A stretch of DNA of 64,000 bases from an uncultured Muribaculaceae bacterium (GTDB taxonomy: Bacteria > Bacillota_I > Bacilli_A > RF39 > UBA660): positions 4,220-68,219 of the forward strand of contig CAZPLK010000004.1 of the NCBI GenBank assembly GCA_964587565.1, in the 5' to 3' direction. Below, piece after piece: positions 20,199 through 30,968 of the stretch. The notes under the pieces are model-generated. The model made no database searches. It had not been told where the DNA came from and saw only the letters and a program-made list of their open reading frames with translations. Each line of letters opens with the position of its first letter. Position 1 is the first letter of the stretch. Both the position numbers and the translations under genes were made by a program.

Positions 20199-22148
20199 AT
20201 GAAATTCGATTTGAAATCTCCATATAAACCTTCAGGTGACCAACCGAGAGCAATAAAAGAAATAATCCAAAATATTGATTTAAATAAAAAACATCAAGTA
20301 TTATTAGGGGCAACTGGAACTGGCAAAACATTTACTATTGCTAATGTTATAGCTGAAACAAACAAAAAAACATTAGTAATAGCGCATAACAAAACATTAG
20401 CAGGTCAATTATATGCAGAGTTAAAAGAATTATTCCCAAATAATAAGGTAGAATATTTTGTATCATATTATGATTATTATCAACCAGAAGCTTATGTTGC
20501 AAGAACAGATACATATATAGAGAAAGATGCGTCAATTAATGATGAAATAGATGAATTAAGGCATTCAGCAACATCGGCACTTCTAAATAGGGAAGATGTA
20601 ATTGTTGTAGCATCAGTGTCATGTATATATGGTATTGGTGAAATAGAAGAATACAAAAACAAAATTTTAACTTTAAACATTAATGAAACAGTTGATAGAG
20701 ATTATATAATAGAAAAATTAATAGATATGTTATACGAAAGAAATGATATAGATTTAAAAAGGGGAACATTTAGAGTAAGGGGCGATATATTAGAGATTGT
20801 TCCGATTCATCAAAAAACAAACACAATTAAAATAGATTTTTTTGGTGATCAAATAGAAAAAATAAGCGAAACAGATATTGTAACAGGTAAAATATTATCT
20901 ATTAAAAAATCAGTAACTATATTTCCAGCTAGTCACTTCGTAACTAGTAAAGAAAAACTAGAAAAAGCGATAAAAAACATCAAAAAAGAATTAGATGAGC
21001 AATTAACTAATTTTAAAAAAGAAGATAAATTATTAGAGTATCAAAGACTAAAAGAAAGAACTAATTATGATTTGGAAATGCTTTCAGAAACTGGATTTTG
21101 CAGTGGTGTTGAAAATTATTCACGCCATATTGCATTAAAAGAAGCGGGTGAAACCCCAACAACACTAATAGATTTTTTTGGGGAAGAATTTTTAACTATT
21201 ATTGATGAGTCACATGTAACAATACCTCAAATTGGCGGTATGTATAATGGAGATAGAGCGAGAAAACAAAATTTGGTAAATTATGGTTTTAGATTACCAA
21301 GTGCATTAGATAATAGGCCTTTACAGTTTTCTGAATTTGAATCTAAAATGAAAAACGTAATATACGTATCAGCTACACCTGGTGATTATGAAATGAATAA
21401 AAGTAATAATTTAGTTATAGAACAAATTATAAGACCGACTGGTTTATTAGACCCAATAATTGAAGTTAAAAGTACTAAAAATCAAATAGATGATTTAGTT
21501 GAAAATATATATCAACAAGTAAAAAATAATGAAAGAACTTTAATTACTACGCTAACAATAAGAATGTCTGAAGAATTGTCAGCACATTTAAAAAAAATAG
21601 GTATCAAAGTGGCTTATTTACATAGCGAAATAGTCACATTAGAAAGATTACAAATAATTAGGGATTTAAGGTTAGGTAAATATGATGTTTTGGTAGGAAT
21701 TAACTTATTGAGGGAAGGATTAGATATACCAGAAGTAAGTTTAATAGCTATATTAGATGCTGATAAGCAAGGTTTTTTGAGAAGTTCTAGAAGTTTAATT
21801 CAAACGATTGGTAGGGCTGCAAGGAATAAAAATGGTAGAGTGATAATGTATGCTGATAATATTAGTAATGCTATGAATGTAGCAATAACCGAAACTAATA
21901 GAAGAAGAAAAATCCAAGAAAATTATAACAAAAAACATCAAATAACACCTCAAACTATAATAAAAGAAATAAGGGAAGTTGTAACAAATCAAGAAGAGTT
22001 AGAAACTGAAAACTTTACAAATATTAGTAACGATGAAAAGATAAAAATTATAAAAAATGTTGAAGAAGAAATGAAAAAAGCAGCGGACAATTTAGATTTT
22101 GAAAAAGCTATGGAATTAAGGGATATATTGTACGAAATAAAAAAATAA
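20199..22148 (+). CDS. uvrB: Excinuclease ABC subunit B
   Basis: 649 aa. GATGTGKT, helicase motifs, C-terminal UVR domain (FEKAMELRD). Confidence 0.96.
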   Translation: MKFDLKSPYKPSGDQPRAIKEIIQNIDLNKKHQVLLGATGTGKTFTIANVIAETNKKTLVIAHNKTLAGQLYAELKELFPNNKVEYFVSYYDYYQPEAYVARTDTYIEKDASINDEIDELRHSATSALLNREDVIVVASVSCIYGIGEIEEYKNKILTLNINETVDRDYIIEKLIDMLYERNDIDLKRGTFRVRGDILEIVPIHQKTNTIKIDFFGDQIEKISETDIVTGKILSIKKSVTIFPASHFVTSKEKLEKAIKNIKKELDEQLTNFKKEDKLLEYQRLKERTNYDLEMLSETGFCSGVENYSRHIALKEAGETPTTLIDFFGEEFLTIIDESHVTIPQIGGMYNGDRARKQNLVNYGFRLPSALDNRPLQFSEFESKMKNVIYVSATPGDYEMNKSNNLVIEQIIRPTGLLDPIIEVKSTKNQIDDLVENIYQQVKNNERTLITTLTIRMSEELSAHLKKIGIKVAYLHSEIVTLERLQIIRDLRLGKYDVLVGINLLREGLDIPEVSLIAILDADKQGFLRSSRSLIQTIGRAARNKNGRVIMYADNISNAMNVAITETNRRRKIQENYNKKHQITPQTIIKEIREVVTNQEELETENFTNISNDEKIKIIKNVEEEMKKAADNLDFEKAMELRDILYEIKK

Positions 22149-22241
22149 CGTACAAAACACACTTACGATGTTGTTGTAAAATAACATTAAATATTATATA
22201 ATATTTAATAATTATAAGTAATATGTAATAGGAGGATTATT

Positions 22242-22661
22242 ATGAAAATAGTAGTTATTAAAAATAATTCAAAAAGATTAAATAATTTTATCGATTGGTT
22301 GATACATATGTTTGGTTATGCGTTGGTTTTAATAACTGTATCTTTAATTTTTAAAAAAACTATTCAAATAGATGATAGTTATTTTGGTTTATGGGGATTA
22401 ATAGCAGCTATAATAATTTATATATTAAATAAAACAATAAAACCTGTATTGGTATGGTTAACACTACCAATTACAGGTTTAACACTTGGATTGTTTTATC
22501 CATTTATTAATGTATTAATATTAAATATTGTTGACTTTTTATTAGGTGATCACTTTAATATAAAAGGTTTAGGAATGAGTTTTGTTGTAGCCAGTTGTAT
22601 TTCAATAATGAATATAGTGATGAATGAGTTAGTAATAAAACCTATAATAAGGAGGAATTAA
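22242..22661 (+). CDS. YvlD/DUF360 (phage-holin-4_2 superfamily) membrane protein
   Basis: 139 aa, four TM segments, KPVLVWLTLPIT motif typical of the YvlD family. Confidence 0.6.
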   Translation: MKIVVIKNNSKRLNNFIDWLIHMFGYALVLITVSLIFKKTIQIDDSYFGLWGLIAAIIIYILNKTIKPVLVWLTLPITGLTLGLFYPFINVLILNIVDFLLGDHFNIKGLGMSFVVASCISIMNIVMNELVIKPIIRRN

Positions 22662-22662
22662 A

Positions 22663-23478
22663 ATGAATGCAATATTTTTAGATTTAGGATATGTAAAAAT
22701 TTATTGGTATTCTATAATGATTTTATCGGGATTGTTGATTGGTGGAGCACTTGCAATAAGAGAAGCAAAAAAATGGTTAATTGATGAAGATTTTATGATA
22801 AATTTATTTTTTTATTTAATACCATTTTCAATAATAGGTGCTAGAGTTTATTACGTTTTGTTTCATTTCGATTATTATAAATTAAATATAAACGAAATTT
22901 TTAGAGTGTGGGAGGGCGGTTTGGCCATTCACGGCACTATTATAGCCGGAATATTATTTATAATATTTTATTCTAAAAAACATAAAGTTGATACATTTAG
23001 ATTACTTGATATAATTGTGGTAGGATTATTAATAGGACAATCTATTGGAAGATGGGGGAATTTCTTTAATCAAGAAGCATATGGACCCGCTACTACATAT
23101 AATTTTTTAAAAGGCTTATATATACCAGAGTTTATTATAAAAGGTATGAATATTAATGGAATATATCACCAACCTACTTTTTTATATGAATCATTATGGT
23201 GTTTTTTAGGTTTTATAGTAATTTTGTTTGTAAGAAGATACAAATATTTAAAAACCGGTCAATTAACATCATTTTATTTAGTTTGGTATAGTATAGGAAG
23301 ATTTTTTATTGAATCTTTAAGGACAGATAGTTTAATGTTTAAAAATTTTAAAGCAGCACAGATTATGTCTTTATTAATGATTATAGTTGGTATAATGTTT
23401 TATTTTATTAGAAATAGGGGAACAAAATTGAGCAATTTATATAATGATAAGGAGAATGTAGAAAATGTTGATTTTTGA
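22663..23478 (+). CDS. lgt: Prolipoprotein diacylglyceryl transferase
   Basis: 271 aa. WEGGLAIHG and GRWGNFFNQEAYG signature motifs. Confidence 0.93.
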   Translation: MNAIFLDLGYVKIYWYSIMILSGLLIGGALAIREAKKWLIDEDFMINLFFYLIPFSIIGARVYYVLFHFDYYKLNINEIFRVWEGGLAIHGTIIAGILFIIFYSKKHKVDTFRLLDIIVVGLLIGQSIGRWGNFFNQEAYGPATTYNFLKGLYIPEFIIKGMNINGIYHQPTFLYESLWCFLGFIVILFVRRYKYLKTGQLTSFYLVWYSIGRFFIESLRTDSLMFKNFKAAQIMSLLMIIVGIMFYFIRNRGTKLSNLYNDKENVENVDF

Positions 23479-24361
23479 TTGTGTTGTAATTGGTGGTGGA
23501 GTAGCAGGAATGACCGCAGCCTTATATTTAAAAAGATCAAATTTAAATGTTTTACTTTTAGAAAAAAGTGCTCCTGGAGGAAAATTAAACAACATATATA
23601 AAATTGAAAACTATCCAGGTTTTGATGAAATAGAAGGTCCTATATTATCAATGAACATATATAACCAAATTATTTCAAATGGGGTTGAATACAAATACGG
23701 TAATGTTATTAACGTAATAGATAAAAATGATTATAAAATTATTAAAACAGATGTAGAAACAATAAAGTGTAAATCTGTAATAATTGCAAGTGGACGTATA
23801 CCAAGAAAATTAGGACTTGAAAATGAAGAAGAATTAATTGGTAAAGGTGTAGGGTTCTGTGCACTTTGCGATGGGACTTTTTATAAAGATAAAAAGGTTG
23901 CTGTAGTTGGTGGAGGTAACAGTGCAATAACAGATGCAATTTATTTAGCTAATATTTGTAAAGAAGTTGTAATTATTCATAGAAGAGATAGTTTTACAGC
24001 TGAGAAAGTATTACAAGAAAAATTAAAAGAGTACAAAAATATAACAAAAAAATACAATAGTGTTGTTAAAACACTAATTAAAAAGGACAATAAATTAATT
24101 GGTTTAAAGTTAAAATCCGGAAAAACAATAGGTGTTGATGGTTTGTTTATTAACATTGGGTATATACCTGATACAAAATATTTAAAAGAATTAAGTTTAA
24201 AGTTAGAAAATAATTATATAGTTGTAAATGATAAAATGCAAACGAATATAAAAAATATATACGCGTGCGGGGATGTTATAAAAAAAGATATATACCAGAT
24301 AACAACTGCTGTAAGTGATGGGACTATTGCTGCTATTTCAGTTAAAGAAGATATAAATTAA
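23465..24361 (+). CDS. trxB: Thioredoxin-disulfide reductase
   Basis: 298 aa. FAD GGGVAG, redox CALCDG, NADPH GGGNSA. Confidence 0.88.
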   Translation: MLIFDCVVIGGGVAGMTAALYLKRSNLNVLLLEKSAPGGKLNNIYKIENYPGFDEIEGPILSMNIYNQIISNGVEYKYGNVINVIDKNDYKIIKTDVETIKCKSVIIASGRIPRKLGLENEEELIGKGVGFCALCDGTFYKDKKVAVVGGGNSAITDAIYLANICKEVVIIHRRDSFTAEKVLQEKLKEYKNITKKYNSVVKTLIKKDNKLIGLKLKSGKTIGVDGLFINIGYIPDTKYLKELSLKLENNYIVVNDKMQTNIKNIYACGDVIKKDIYQITTAVSDGTIAAISVKEDIN

Positions 24362-24452
24362 AATATCTTTTTTATAAGGTCAATTCCTAGATTTATTTTG
24401 CTCTATATGTTAAAATAAATAGTAGATATACTTAATAGAAAATGGTGATGTA

Positions 24453-25238
24453 ATGGGAAAAGTAATTTCACTTGTCAATCAAAAGGGTGGTGTTGGTAAA
24501 ACAACATCAAGTATCAATTTAGCAGCTTCATTGGGTGTTTTAAGAAAAAAAGTTTTACTTATTGACTTAGATCCCCAAGGTAATGCAACAACTGGAATTG
24601 GAATTAATAAAGCCGATATTAGAAAAAGTATATATGATTTACTTATTGATGAAGCTTCATTGAATGAAGTTATTGTCAAAACAAAATTTAAAAATTTATA
24701 TGTTATTCCTGCTACGATAAATTTAGCAGGCGTTGATATAGAATTAATGGATAAAAGTCGTTTAGAACCAGGTTTTTCTAAAGGTGGCCAATTAAAAAAA
24801 TATATAGACGAAATTAAAAATGTTTTTGATTATATAATAATTGATTGCCCACCATCATTGGGAATATTGACTACCAATGCTTTGACTGCGAGTGATTCAG
24901 TAATAATACCAGTTCAGTGTGAATTTTTTGCTCTAGAAGGTATAATGCAATTGTTAAATACAATTATGTTAGCACAAAAAAATTTAAATCCATCCTTAGA
25001 TATCGAAGGTGTATTATTAACTATGTTAGATAGTAGAACAAAATTAGGATTAGAAGTTGTAGAAGAAATTAAAAGTTACTTCAAAGAACGTGTATACGAT
25101 ACAATAATACCAAGGTTAGTTCGATTGTCAGAAGCTCCCAGTCATGGTAAACCTATAATAGCATATGATCCACAAAGTAGAGGAACAGAAGCATATATAA
25201 ATTTAGCTAAGGAAGTGATTGAAAGAAATGGAAAATAA
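24453..25238 (+). CDS. soj: Chromosome partitioning ATPase ParA/Soj
   Basis: 261 aa. Deviant Walker A NQKGGVGKTT. Directly upstream of parB. Confidence 0.93.
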   Translation: MGKVISLVNQKGGVGKTTSSINLAASLGVLRKKVLLIDLDPQGNATTGIGINKADIRKSIYDLLIDEASLNEVIVKTKFKNLYVIPATINLAGVDIELMDKSRLEPGFSKGGQLKKYIDEIKNVFDYIIIDCPPSLGILTTNALTASDSVIIPVQCEFFALEGIMQLLNTIMLAQKNLNPSLDIEGVLLTMLDSRTKLGLEVVEEIKSYFKERVYDTIIPRLVRLSEAPSHGKPIIAYDPQSRGTEAYINLAKEVIERNGK

Positions 25239-26109
25239 AAAACGCGCTCTAGGAATGGGTTTAGAACAATTGTTTAATAGTGAAAATTTAGATTTGGCAA
25301 ATATGGAGAAAAAAATATATGACTCAGTGAAAACTGAAGAAATAATTGATATTAAAATTGAAGATTTGCGCCCAAATCCTTATCAACCTAGAAAAATATT
25401 TGATGAAGAAGCTATAAATGAACTGTCAAACTCAATAAAAGAGCATGGTGTTATTCAACCGATAATAATTAAAAAATCGATAAAAGGATTTGAAATCATA
25501 GCTGGTGAAAGAAGGGTAAGAGCGAGTAAAAAGGCTGGCCTAGAAACAATTCCTGCTATAATTAGAAACTTTACAGATGAACAAATGATGGAAATCGCCC
25601 TTTTAGAAAATTTACAAAGGGAAGATTTAAGTGCAATTGAAGAAGCACTTGCTTACAAAATGATGTTAGAAAAATTGGAGATAACTCATGAACAATTATC
25701 AAAAAAAGTAGGAAAAAGTAGAAGTCATATTACAAATATGTTAGGTTTATTAAGGTTGCCTAAAGAAGTTCAAGATATGATTAATAATAAAAAAATAACT
25801 ATGGGTCATGCTAGGGTGTTAAGTAAACTTGATGATGAAACTCAAATAATAGAAACAGCTAAAAATATAGTTGATCATAAAATACCTGTACGTGAATTAG
25901 AACAAACTGCAGATCCAAAAAAGTTTGAAAGAAGAAACAAAATAAAAAGACCGATTAGAGAAGATAATAATAAATATAAACATATTGAAGAATTATTATG
26001 TGATAAATTGGATACCAAAATCAAAATTAGAGATAATAAATTGATTATAAATTTTACTAATGTAGCAGATTTAAATAGAATATTAGAAGTGTTAAACATA
26101 AAGGAGTAA
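25228..26109 (+). CDS. spo0J: Chromosome partitioning protein ParB/Spo0J
   Basis: N-terminal KRALGMGLEQLF ParA-interaction peptide, GERRVRAS CTP motif, HTH KSRSHITNMLGLL...MGHARVL. ATG at 25228 preferred over the TTG at 25219. Confidence 0.92.
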   Translation: MENKKRALGMGLEQLFNSENLDLANMEKKIYDSVKTEEIIDIKIEDLRPNPYQPRKIFDEEAINELSNSIKEHGVIQPIIIKKSIKGFEIIAGERRVRASKKAGLETIPAIIRNFTDEQMMEIALLENLQREDLSAIEEALAYKMMLEKLEITHEQLSKKVGKSRSHITNMLGLLRLPKEVQDMINNKKITMGHARVLSKLDDETQIIETAKNIVDHKIPVRELEQTADPKKFERRNKIKRPIREDNNKYKHIEELLCDKLDTKIKIRDNKLIINFTNVADLNRILEVLNIKE

Positions 26110-26112
26110 AAA

Positions 26113-26862
26113 ATGAAATTTTTATTAAAGAAAAAGATACTTATTCCATCTTTTAGCGTCATATTTAGTTTGGTTTTGTACTATACAATAAAAAAAATAA
26201 TTAACAAATTTATAGTGTTTAAAAAAATAGATAATCGAAAAAGAAATACAATTATTAGTATTTTTAACAATTTTGTAAGATATACACTAATTATTTTGTG
26301 TGCTCTAATTATATTGGATGCACTTGGTGTAGAAACAAAAGCAATAATAACGTCTCTCGGTGTTGCAGGATTAGTTATTGGATTATCTTTTCAAGATATA
26401 TTAAAAGATTTTATTGCTGGGATGTTTATTATTTTAGAAAATCAATATGCAGTGGGAGATCACATTACTATCGGTACCTTTCGTGGGGAAGTTATAAGTT
26501 TTGGATTAAAGACAACAAAAATTTTATCATATACAGGTCTTATTAAAACAATACCAAATAGATATGTAGATCAAGCTATTAATCATAGTATAAATAATGT
26601 AATTGTAAAGATAAAAATCCCCTTTCCAATAGATTATAATATAGAAAAAACATCAGAATTAATTATAAAAACTTGTAAAAAAATTTCTTCTAATATAAAA
26701 CATGAAATTAAATTTTACGGAGTTGTGTCTGGTACACACTTATTAAATGAATATTTACTAAAGGTGGAAACAACAGCAGCAAAAGAGGAAGATATTAAAA
26801 ACTTAATTTTTTCTGAAGTTAAAATTGAAGTTCATAAAAATAAAGAAGAATTAATATCATAA
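26113..26862 (+). CDS. Small-conductance mechanosensitive channel (MscS family)
   Basis: 249 aa. TM3-like GVAGLVIGLSFQDILKDFIAGMFIILE followed by the beta domain GD.I.IG...G.V. Confidence 0.8.
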   Translation: MKFLLKKKILIPSFSVIFSLVLYYTIKKIINKFIVFKKIDNRKRNTIISIFNNFVRYTLIILCALIILDALGVETKAIITSLGVAGLVIGLSFQDILKDFIAGMFIILENQYAVGDHITIGTFRGEVISFGLKTTKILSYTGLIKTIPNRYVDQAINHSINNVIVKIKIPFPIDYNIEKTSELIIKTCKKISSNIKHEIKFYGVVSGTHLLNEYLLKVETTAAKEEDIKNLIFSEVKIEVHKNKEELIS

Positions 26863-26874
26863 ACGAGGTGTAGT

Positions 26875-27060
26875 ATGGAAAAAAAATATAAATTAAATAG
26901 TATAGTAGAAATGAAAAAACAACATCCTTGCGGAGAAAACAAATGGACAATTATAAGAACAGGTGCTGACATAAAAATTAAATGTAACAATTGTGGTAGA
27001 AGCATTATGTTTACTAGAATTGAATTTAATAAAAAGGTTAAAAAAATAATAAATTATTAG
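26875..27060 (+). CDS. DUF951 (YyzM-like) small zinc-ribbon protein
   Basis: 61 aa. HPCG...CNNCGR. Same position (before ychF) as B. subtilis yyzM. Confidence 0.7.
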   Translation: MEKKYKLNSIVEMKKQHPCGENKWTIIRTGADIKIKCNNCGRSIMFTRIEFNKKVKKIINY

Positions 27061-27068
27061 GAGGAATT

Positions 27069-28580
27069 ATGGAAAATAAAACAAAAATAAAACAGCAAAC
27101 ACCTATAATTACAATAATATTAACTACTGTTTTTGTTATATTTATAAGTTTTATATTATCTGCTATTGGGTTGGAAGGACAAAAAACGATTATTGTAAAC
27201 AATACACTTGAGACTACACTAATAACTATTAGAAATGCCCTTTCAATTGACGGGTTAAAATTTATGATAGGTAATCCCATTACTAGTTTTCAAATAATCG
27301 AACCATTAGGTTTATTGATATTATCTATAATATCAATTAGCTACATAGATAATACACAAATATTAAAACCTCTTTTGCACCCATTAAAAAAAATAAAATC
27401 ATTTGTTATTACCTTTATTGTATTAATAATATCAATACTATTTTCTTTTATTGGAAATTATAGTTATTTGTTTTTAATGCCCTTTATAGCACTAATTTAC
27501 AAGGAGTTGGATAAAAATCCCTTAACAGGAATAATTACAGTATTTTTAGGTTTAACATTAGGTTATGGTACTGGTTTTATGTTTACATATAACGATCATT
27601 TATTAGGACAAATTACAGCTATGGCAGCAAAAATAGATGTAGATAAAAATTATATATATAATATGACTTCTAGTTTCTATATAATGTTAACCACTACGAT
27701 TTTACTAATAATGACATTAACTTACACAATAGAAAAAAGAATAAAAGAAAAATTACCAGAAATTAAAATTACCAATAATTATAATGACGAGTATAAAATA
27801 AATAAAAAATCATTTATTATAAGTTTCATAGTATTTATTATATTGAATATTTTATTACTTTTTATGTTTATTCCAGGTCTCCCATTCTCTGGTTTACTTT
27901 TAAATAATATAGGAGATACATTTTTAGAAAAATTATTTTCAGATGGTTCTCCTTTTATAGAAGGTTTTCCATATTTATTAATGTTTATAATTATAATAAC
28001 TTGTTCTATATATAATTTTTTAAATAAAAATAAAGAAGAAACAATAAATAATAATATTGAAGTTAATTTTATAAATTTAAGTTATATACTTACATTATTG
28101 TTTTTTATATCTCAATTAATTGCGGTAGTAAACTGGACTAATATTAACGAAGTTTTAAGTGCAAAATTAATTACGCTTTTAGCTAACATACAATTTTCTG
28201 GTATACCGCTGATTATTGTTTTATTTATTGTTACAATATTAATAAGTATTTTAATACCATCCACAATATCAAAATGGTTATTAATGTCACCATTAATCGT
28301 TCCATTATTTATGAGAACAAACATTACACCAGATTTCACCTTATTTATTTTTAAACTAGCGGATGGAATAGGTAAGTCATTAACTCCTTTATTTTTATAT
28401 TTTGTTGTAATGATTGGTTTCATCCAAAATTATTATAAAGATAAAACTATTTCCATTTTTAAAATTTACAAACTTTTAATTCCTAGTATAATGATAATAG
28501 CTTTTGTGTTGTTGTTAATAGTAATTGGTTGGTTTGTAATTGGTTTACCATTAGGACCGGGTACTTATCCAGCATTATAA
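27069..28580 (+). CDS. AbgT-family (aminobenzoyl-glutamate type) transporter-like membrane protein
   Basis: 503 aa, polytopic. The N-terminal pattern (TM, extracytoplasmic stretch, then ...DGLKFMIGNPITSFQ..EPLG) resembles AbgT/MtrF as remembered. Not verified. Confidence 0.5.
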   Translation: MENKTKIKQQTPIITIILTTVFVIFISFILSAIGLEGQKTIIVNNTLETTLITIRNALSIDGLKFMIGNPITSFQIIEPLGLLILSIISISYIDNTQILKPLLHPLKKIKSFVITFIVLIISILFSFIGNYSYLFLMPFIALIYKELDKNPLTGIITVFLGLTLGYGTGFMFTYNDHLLGQITAMAAKIDVDKNYIYNMTSSFYIMLTTTILLIMTLTYTIEKRIKEKLPEIKITNNYNDEYKINKKSFIISFIVFIILNILLLFMFIPGLPFSGLLLNNIGDTFLEKLFSDGSPFIEGFPYLLMFIIIITCSIYNFLNKNKEETINNNIEVNFINLSYILTLLFFISQLIAVVNWTNINEVLSAKLITLLANIQFSGIPLIIVLFIVTILISILIPSTISKWLLMSPLIVPLFMRTNITPDFTLFIFKLADGIGKSLTPLFLYFVVMIGFIQNYYKDKTISIFKIYKLLIPSIMIIAFVLLLIVIGWFVIGLPLGPGTYPAL

Positions 28581-28598
28581 AAGGCAATAGCCTTTTTT
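28580..28598 (+). terminator. Intrinsic terminator after transporter gene
   Basis: AAGGC-AATA-GCCTT followed by a T-run. Confidence 0.55.
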
Positions 28599-28661
28599 AA
28601 TTATTGTAAAATAAAACTACTTATGTTATAATACATCAGTCAAAAGTTACGGAGTGATAAA

Positions 28662-29759
28662 ATGAATTTAAAAGCGGGAATAGTTGGTTTACCTAATGTG
28701 GGAAAATCAACACTTTTCAATGCTATTACAAGTCAAAATATATTAGCTGCAAATTATCCATTTGCCACAATTGAACCTAACCAAGGAGTTGTAACAGTTC
28801 CAGATGAAAGATTAGATTTTTTAGTTAAAATAACAGAACCAGACAAAAAAATCCCAACTACATTTGAATTTATTGATATTGCAGGCTTAGTAAAAGGTGC
28901 ATCAAAAGGTGAGGGATTAGGGAATCAATTTCTATCCAACATTCGCGAAGTTGATGCGATTTGCCATGTTGTTAGATGCTTTGAAGAACCTAATGTTGTG
29001 CACGTTGAAGGAAGTATAGATCCTATTAGGGATATAGAAATAGTCAATTACGAATTGATGTTATCTGATTTAGAATTAATAACTAATAGGTTGAATAGAA
29101 TAAGTAAAAAAGCATTAACAACAAAAGACAAAGAATCTATTAAAGAAGTTGAATTATTAAATGTTATAAAAGATAATCTTGAAAAAAATGTTGCAATTAG
29201 AAATATGAATTTAAAAGAGGAAGAATTGAAAATGATAAAACATTTTAATTTGTTAACTCAAAAACCAGTTATATATGTAGCCAATGTAGATGAAGGGAAC
29301 ATAACAACAAAAAATGATTATGTTTTAAAACTTGAAGATTATGCAACATTAGAGAATTCAAAAACAATTGTTTTGTCTGTTCAAATTGAAAGTGAATTAA
29401 ATGAGTTGTGTGAAATCGAAAAGGAAATGTTTTTAAATGAATTAGGTCTAGAAGATAGTGGACTTAATAAATTAACTAAAGCAACATATGAGTTACTTGG
29501 GCTTGCTACGTATTTTACAGTTGGTAAGAAGGAAGTTAGGGCATGGACTTTTCAAAAGGGAATGAAAGCACCACAATGTGCAGGGATAATCCATAGTGAT
29601 TTTGAAAAAGGTTTTATAAGAGCAGAGGTAATGAGTTATGATGATTTAGTAAAGTATGGTAGTGAAAAAAATGTTAAAGAGGCAGGAAAACTCAGATTAG
29701 AAGGAAAAGATTATATAATGAATGATGGAGATGTTTGCCACTTTCTATTTAATGTCTAA
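28662..29759 (+). CDS. ychF: Ribosome-binding ATPase YchF
   Basis: 365 aa. GLPNVGKST, C-terminal TGS-like domain. Precedes rpsF. Confidence 0.95.
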   Translation: MNLKAGIVGLPNVGKSTLFNAITSQNILAANYPFATIEPNQGVVTVPDERLDFLVKITEPDKKIPTTFEFIDIAGLVKGASKGEGLGNQFLSNIREVDAICHVVRCFEEPNVVHVEGSIDPIRDIEIVNYELMLSDLELITNRLNRISKKALTTKDKESIKEVELLNVIKDNLEKNVAIRNMNLKEEELKMIKHFNLLTQKPVIYVANVDEGNITTKNDYVLKLEDYATLENSKTIVLSVQIESELNELCEIEKEMFLNELGLEDSGLNKLTKATYELLGLATYFTVGKKEVRAWTFQKGMKAPQCAGIIHSDFEKGFIRAEVMSYDDLVKYGSEKNVKEAGKLRLEGKDYIMNDGDVCHFLFNV

Positions 29760-29765
29760 AAACGA

Positions 29766-29794
29766 TTTACAATAATAATTTATTTTGTTATAAT
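29766..29794 (+). promoter_or_regulatory. Promoter for rpsF-ssb-rpsR (TTTACA-N17-TATAAT with TGT extension)
   Basis: 29766-29771 and 29789-29794. A 60-nt leader follows. Confidence 0.6.
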
Positions 29795-29857
29795 TATAAG
29801 CGAGTATTAATTACTCCTTGCTTTTAATAAAAGCCAAAGACCATAAGGAGGTGTGAA

Positions 29858-30145
29858 ATGAAAAATTATGAAATTATGTTCATTATTAAACCTACATTAG
29901 AAGAAGAAAAAATAAATAATGTAGTAGCACAATTAAAAAAGGTGTTAATAGATAATGGAAGCACTAATGTAGAAGAAACAGCGTTAGGTAAAAAAGATCT
30001 AGCATATGAAATTAATAAAACAAAAAGTGGTTATTACTTTTTATTTAATGTTGAAACAAATGATATTAATGCAATAAATGAATTTAATAGAATATGTTCA
30101 TTAAGTAAAGATGTTATAAGACATCTTGTAACAAAAAAGGAATAA
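29858..30145 (+). CDS. rpsF: 30S ribosomal protein S6
   Basis: MKNYEIMFIIKP... typical bS6. Confidence 0.95.
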   Translation: MKNYEIMFIIKPTLEEEKINNVVAQLKKVLIDNGSTNVEETALGKKDLAYEINKTKSGYYFLFNVETNDINAINEFNRICSLSKDVIRHLVTKKE

Positions 30146-30160
30146 CGAGGGAGTGTAAAA

Positions 30161-30649
30161 ATGAATAGAGTGTCATTAGTAGGAAGAATTACTGCAAAAC
30201 CAGAACTGCGCTATACAAATAGCCAAATACCGTATACTAGATTTACTTTAGCAGTAAATAGACCATTTGGTAATACACAGGGACAAAGAGATGCAGATTT
30301 TATCGGTATTGTTGTATGGAGAAAGCAAGCAGAAGCGATATGTAATTACTTAGATAAAGGAAGTTTAGTATCAGTTGACGGTCGAATACAAACAGGTTCA
30401 TACGATGATAAAGATGGAAAAAGGGTATATACATTTGAAGTAGTATCTGATAATGTTCAGTTTTTAGAAACGAAAGCACAAGCTCAAGCGAGAATGGCAA
30501 GCGAAGGTTTTAATACTGAATTTGAACGAAGTCCTTATGATTATCAAGAAAACAATCATCAAGGTTTTAATTTGAATAGTGCAGAAGATGCGTATAGTAG
30601 CATGGGAGATATTGTAACCTTAGATGATGCTGAAGATGAAATTGATTGA
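30161..30649 (+). CDS. ssb: Single-stranded DNA-binding protein
   Basis: OB fold [11 protein letters not shown]...RFTLAVNR. Acidic tail ends DDAEDEID and lacks the usual terminal PF. Confidence 0.93.
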   Translation: MNRVSLVGRITAKPELRYTNSQIPYTRFTLAVNRPFGNTQGQRDADFIGIVVWRKQAEAICNYLDKGSLVSVDGRIQTGSYDDKDGKRVYTFEVVSDNVQFLETKAQAQARMASEGFNTEFERSPYDYQENNHQGFNLNSAEDAYSSMGDIVTLDDAEDEID

Positions 30650-30663
30650 TGAGGAGGAGAAAA

Positions 30664-30885
30664 ATGTCTGATTTTTACAGAAGAAGAAGAAGAAGAGTTT
30701 GTCAAATGTGCATTGGAAAAGATGTTGATTATAAAGATTTAGATGTTATAAGAAGATATGTAAGTGCTGAAAACGGAAAAATTTTACCTAGAAGAATTAC
30801 TGGTGCTTGCGCTAAACATCAAAGATATATTGCAAAAGAAGTTAAAAAAGCACGTCATATGGCTTTAATACCATTTGTTAAATAA
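30664..30885 (+). CDS. rpsR: 30S ribosomal protein S18
   Basis: Start at [10 protein letters not shown] after GAGGAGGAG. Contains ...[14 protein letters not shown]. Confidence 0.93.
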   Translation: MSDFYRRRRRRVCQMCIGKDVDYKDLDVIRRYVSAENGKILPRRITGACAKHQRYIAKEVKKARHMALIPFVK

Positions 30886-30933
30886 ATAAGTTTAAGCTTA
30901 TTTATTTTTATTTGAAAAAATTAACAAAAACAC

Positions 30934-30962
30934 TTGCAAAACATAAAATAACTATGTATAAT
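30934..30962 (+). promoter_or_regulatory. Promoter of the S10 operon (TTGCAA-N17-TATAAT)
   Basis: 30934-30939 and 30957-30962, with TG immediately upstream of the -10. Confidence 0.65.
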
Positions 30963-30968
30963 CATATT

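Noticed and set aside
22242-22661. The holin-superfamily protein could mark a prophage lysis cassette.
   Set aside because: No endolysin, integrase or structural phage genes are nearby. The gene belongs to the YvlD/DUF360 group and sits in a conserved uvrB-lgt-trxB housekeeping context.
30640-30660. Possible genetic code 4 (TGA = Trp), given the Mollicutes-like traits.
   Set aside because: TGA clearly acts as a stop: there is a double TGA after ssb and an ATGA stop/start overlap of secY and adk at 41192-41195. All large conserved genes are intact under the standard code.
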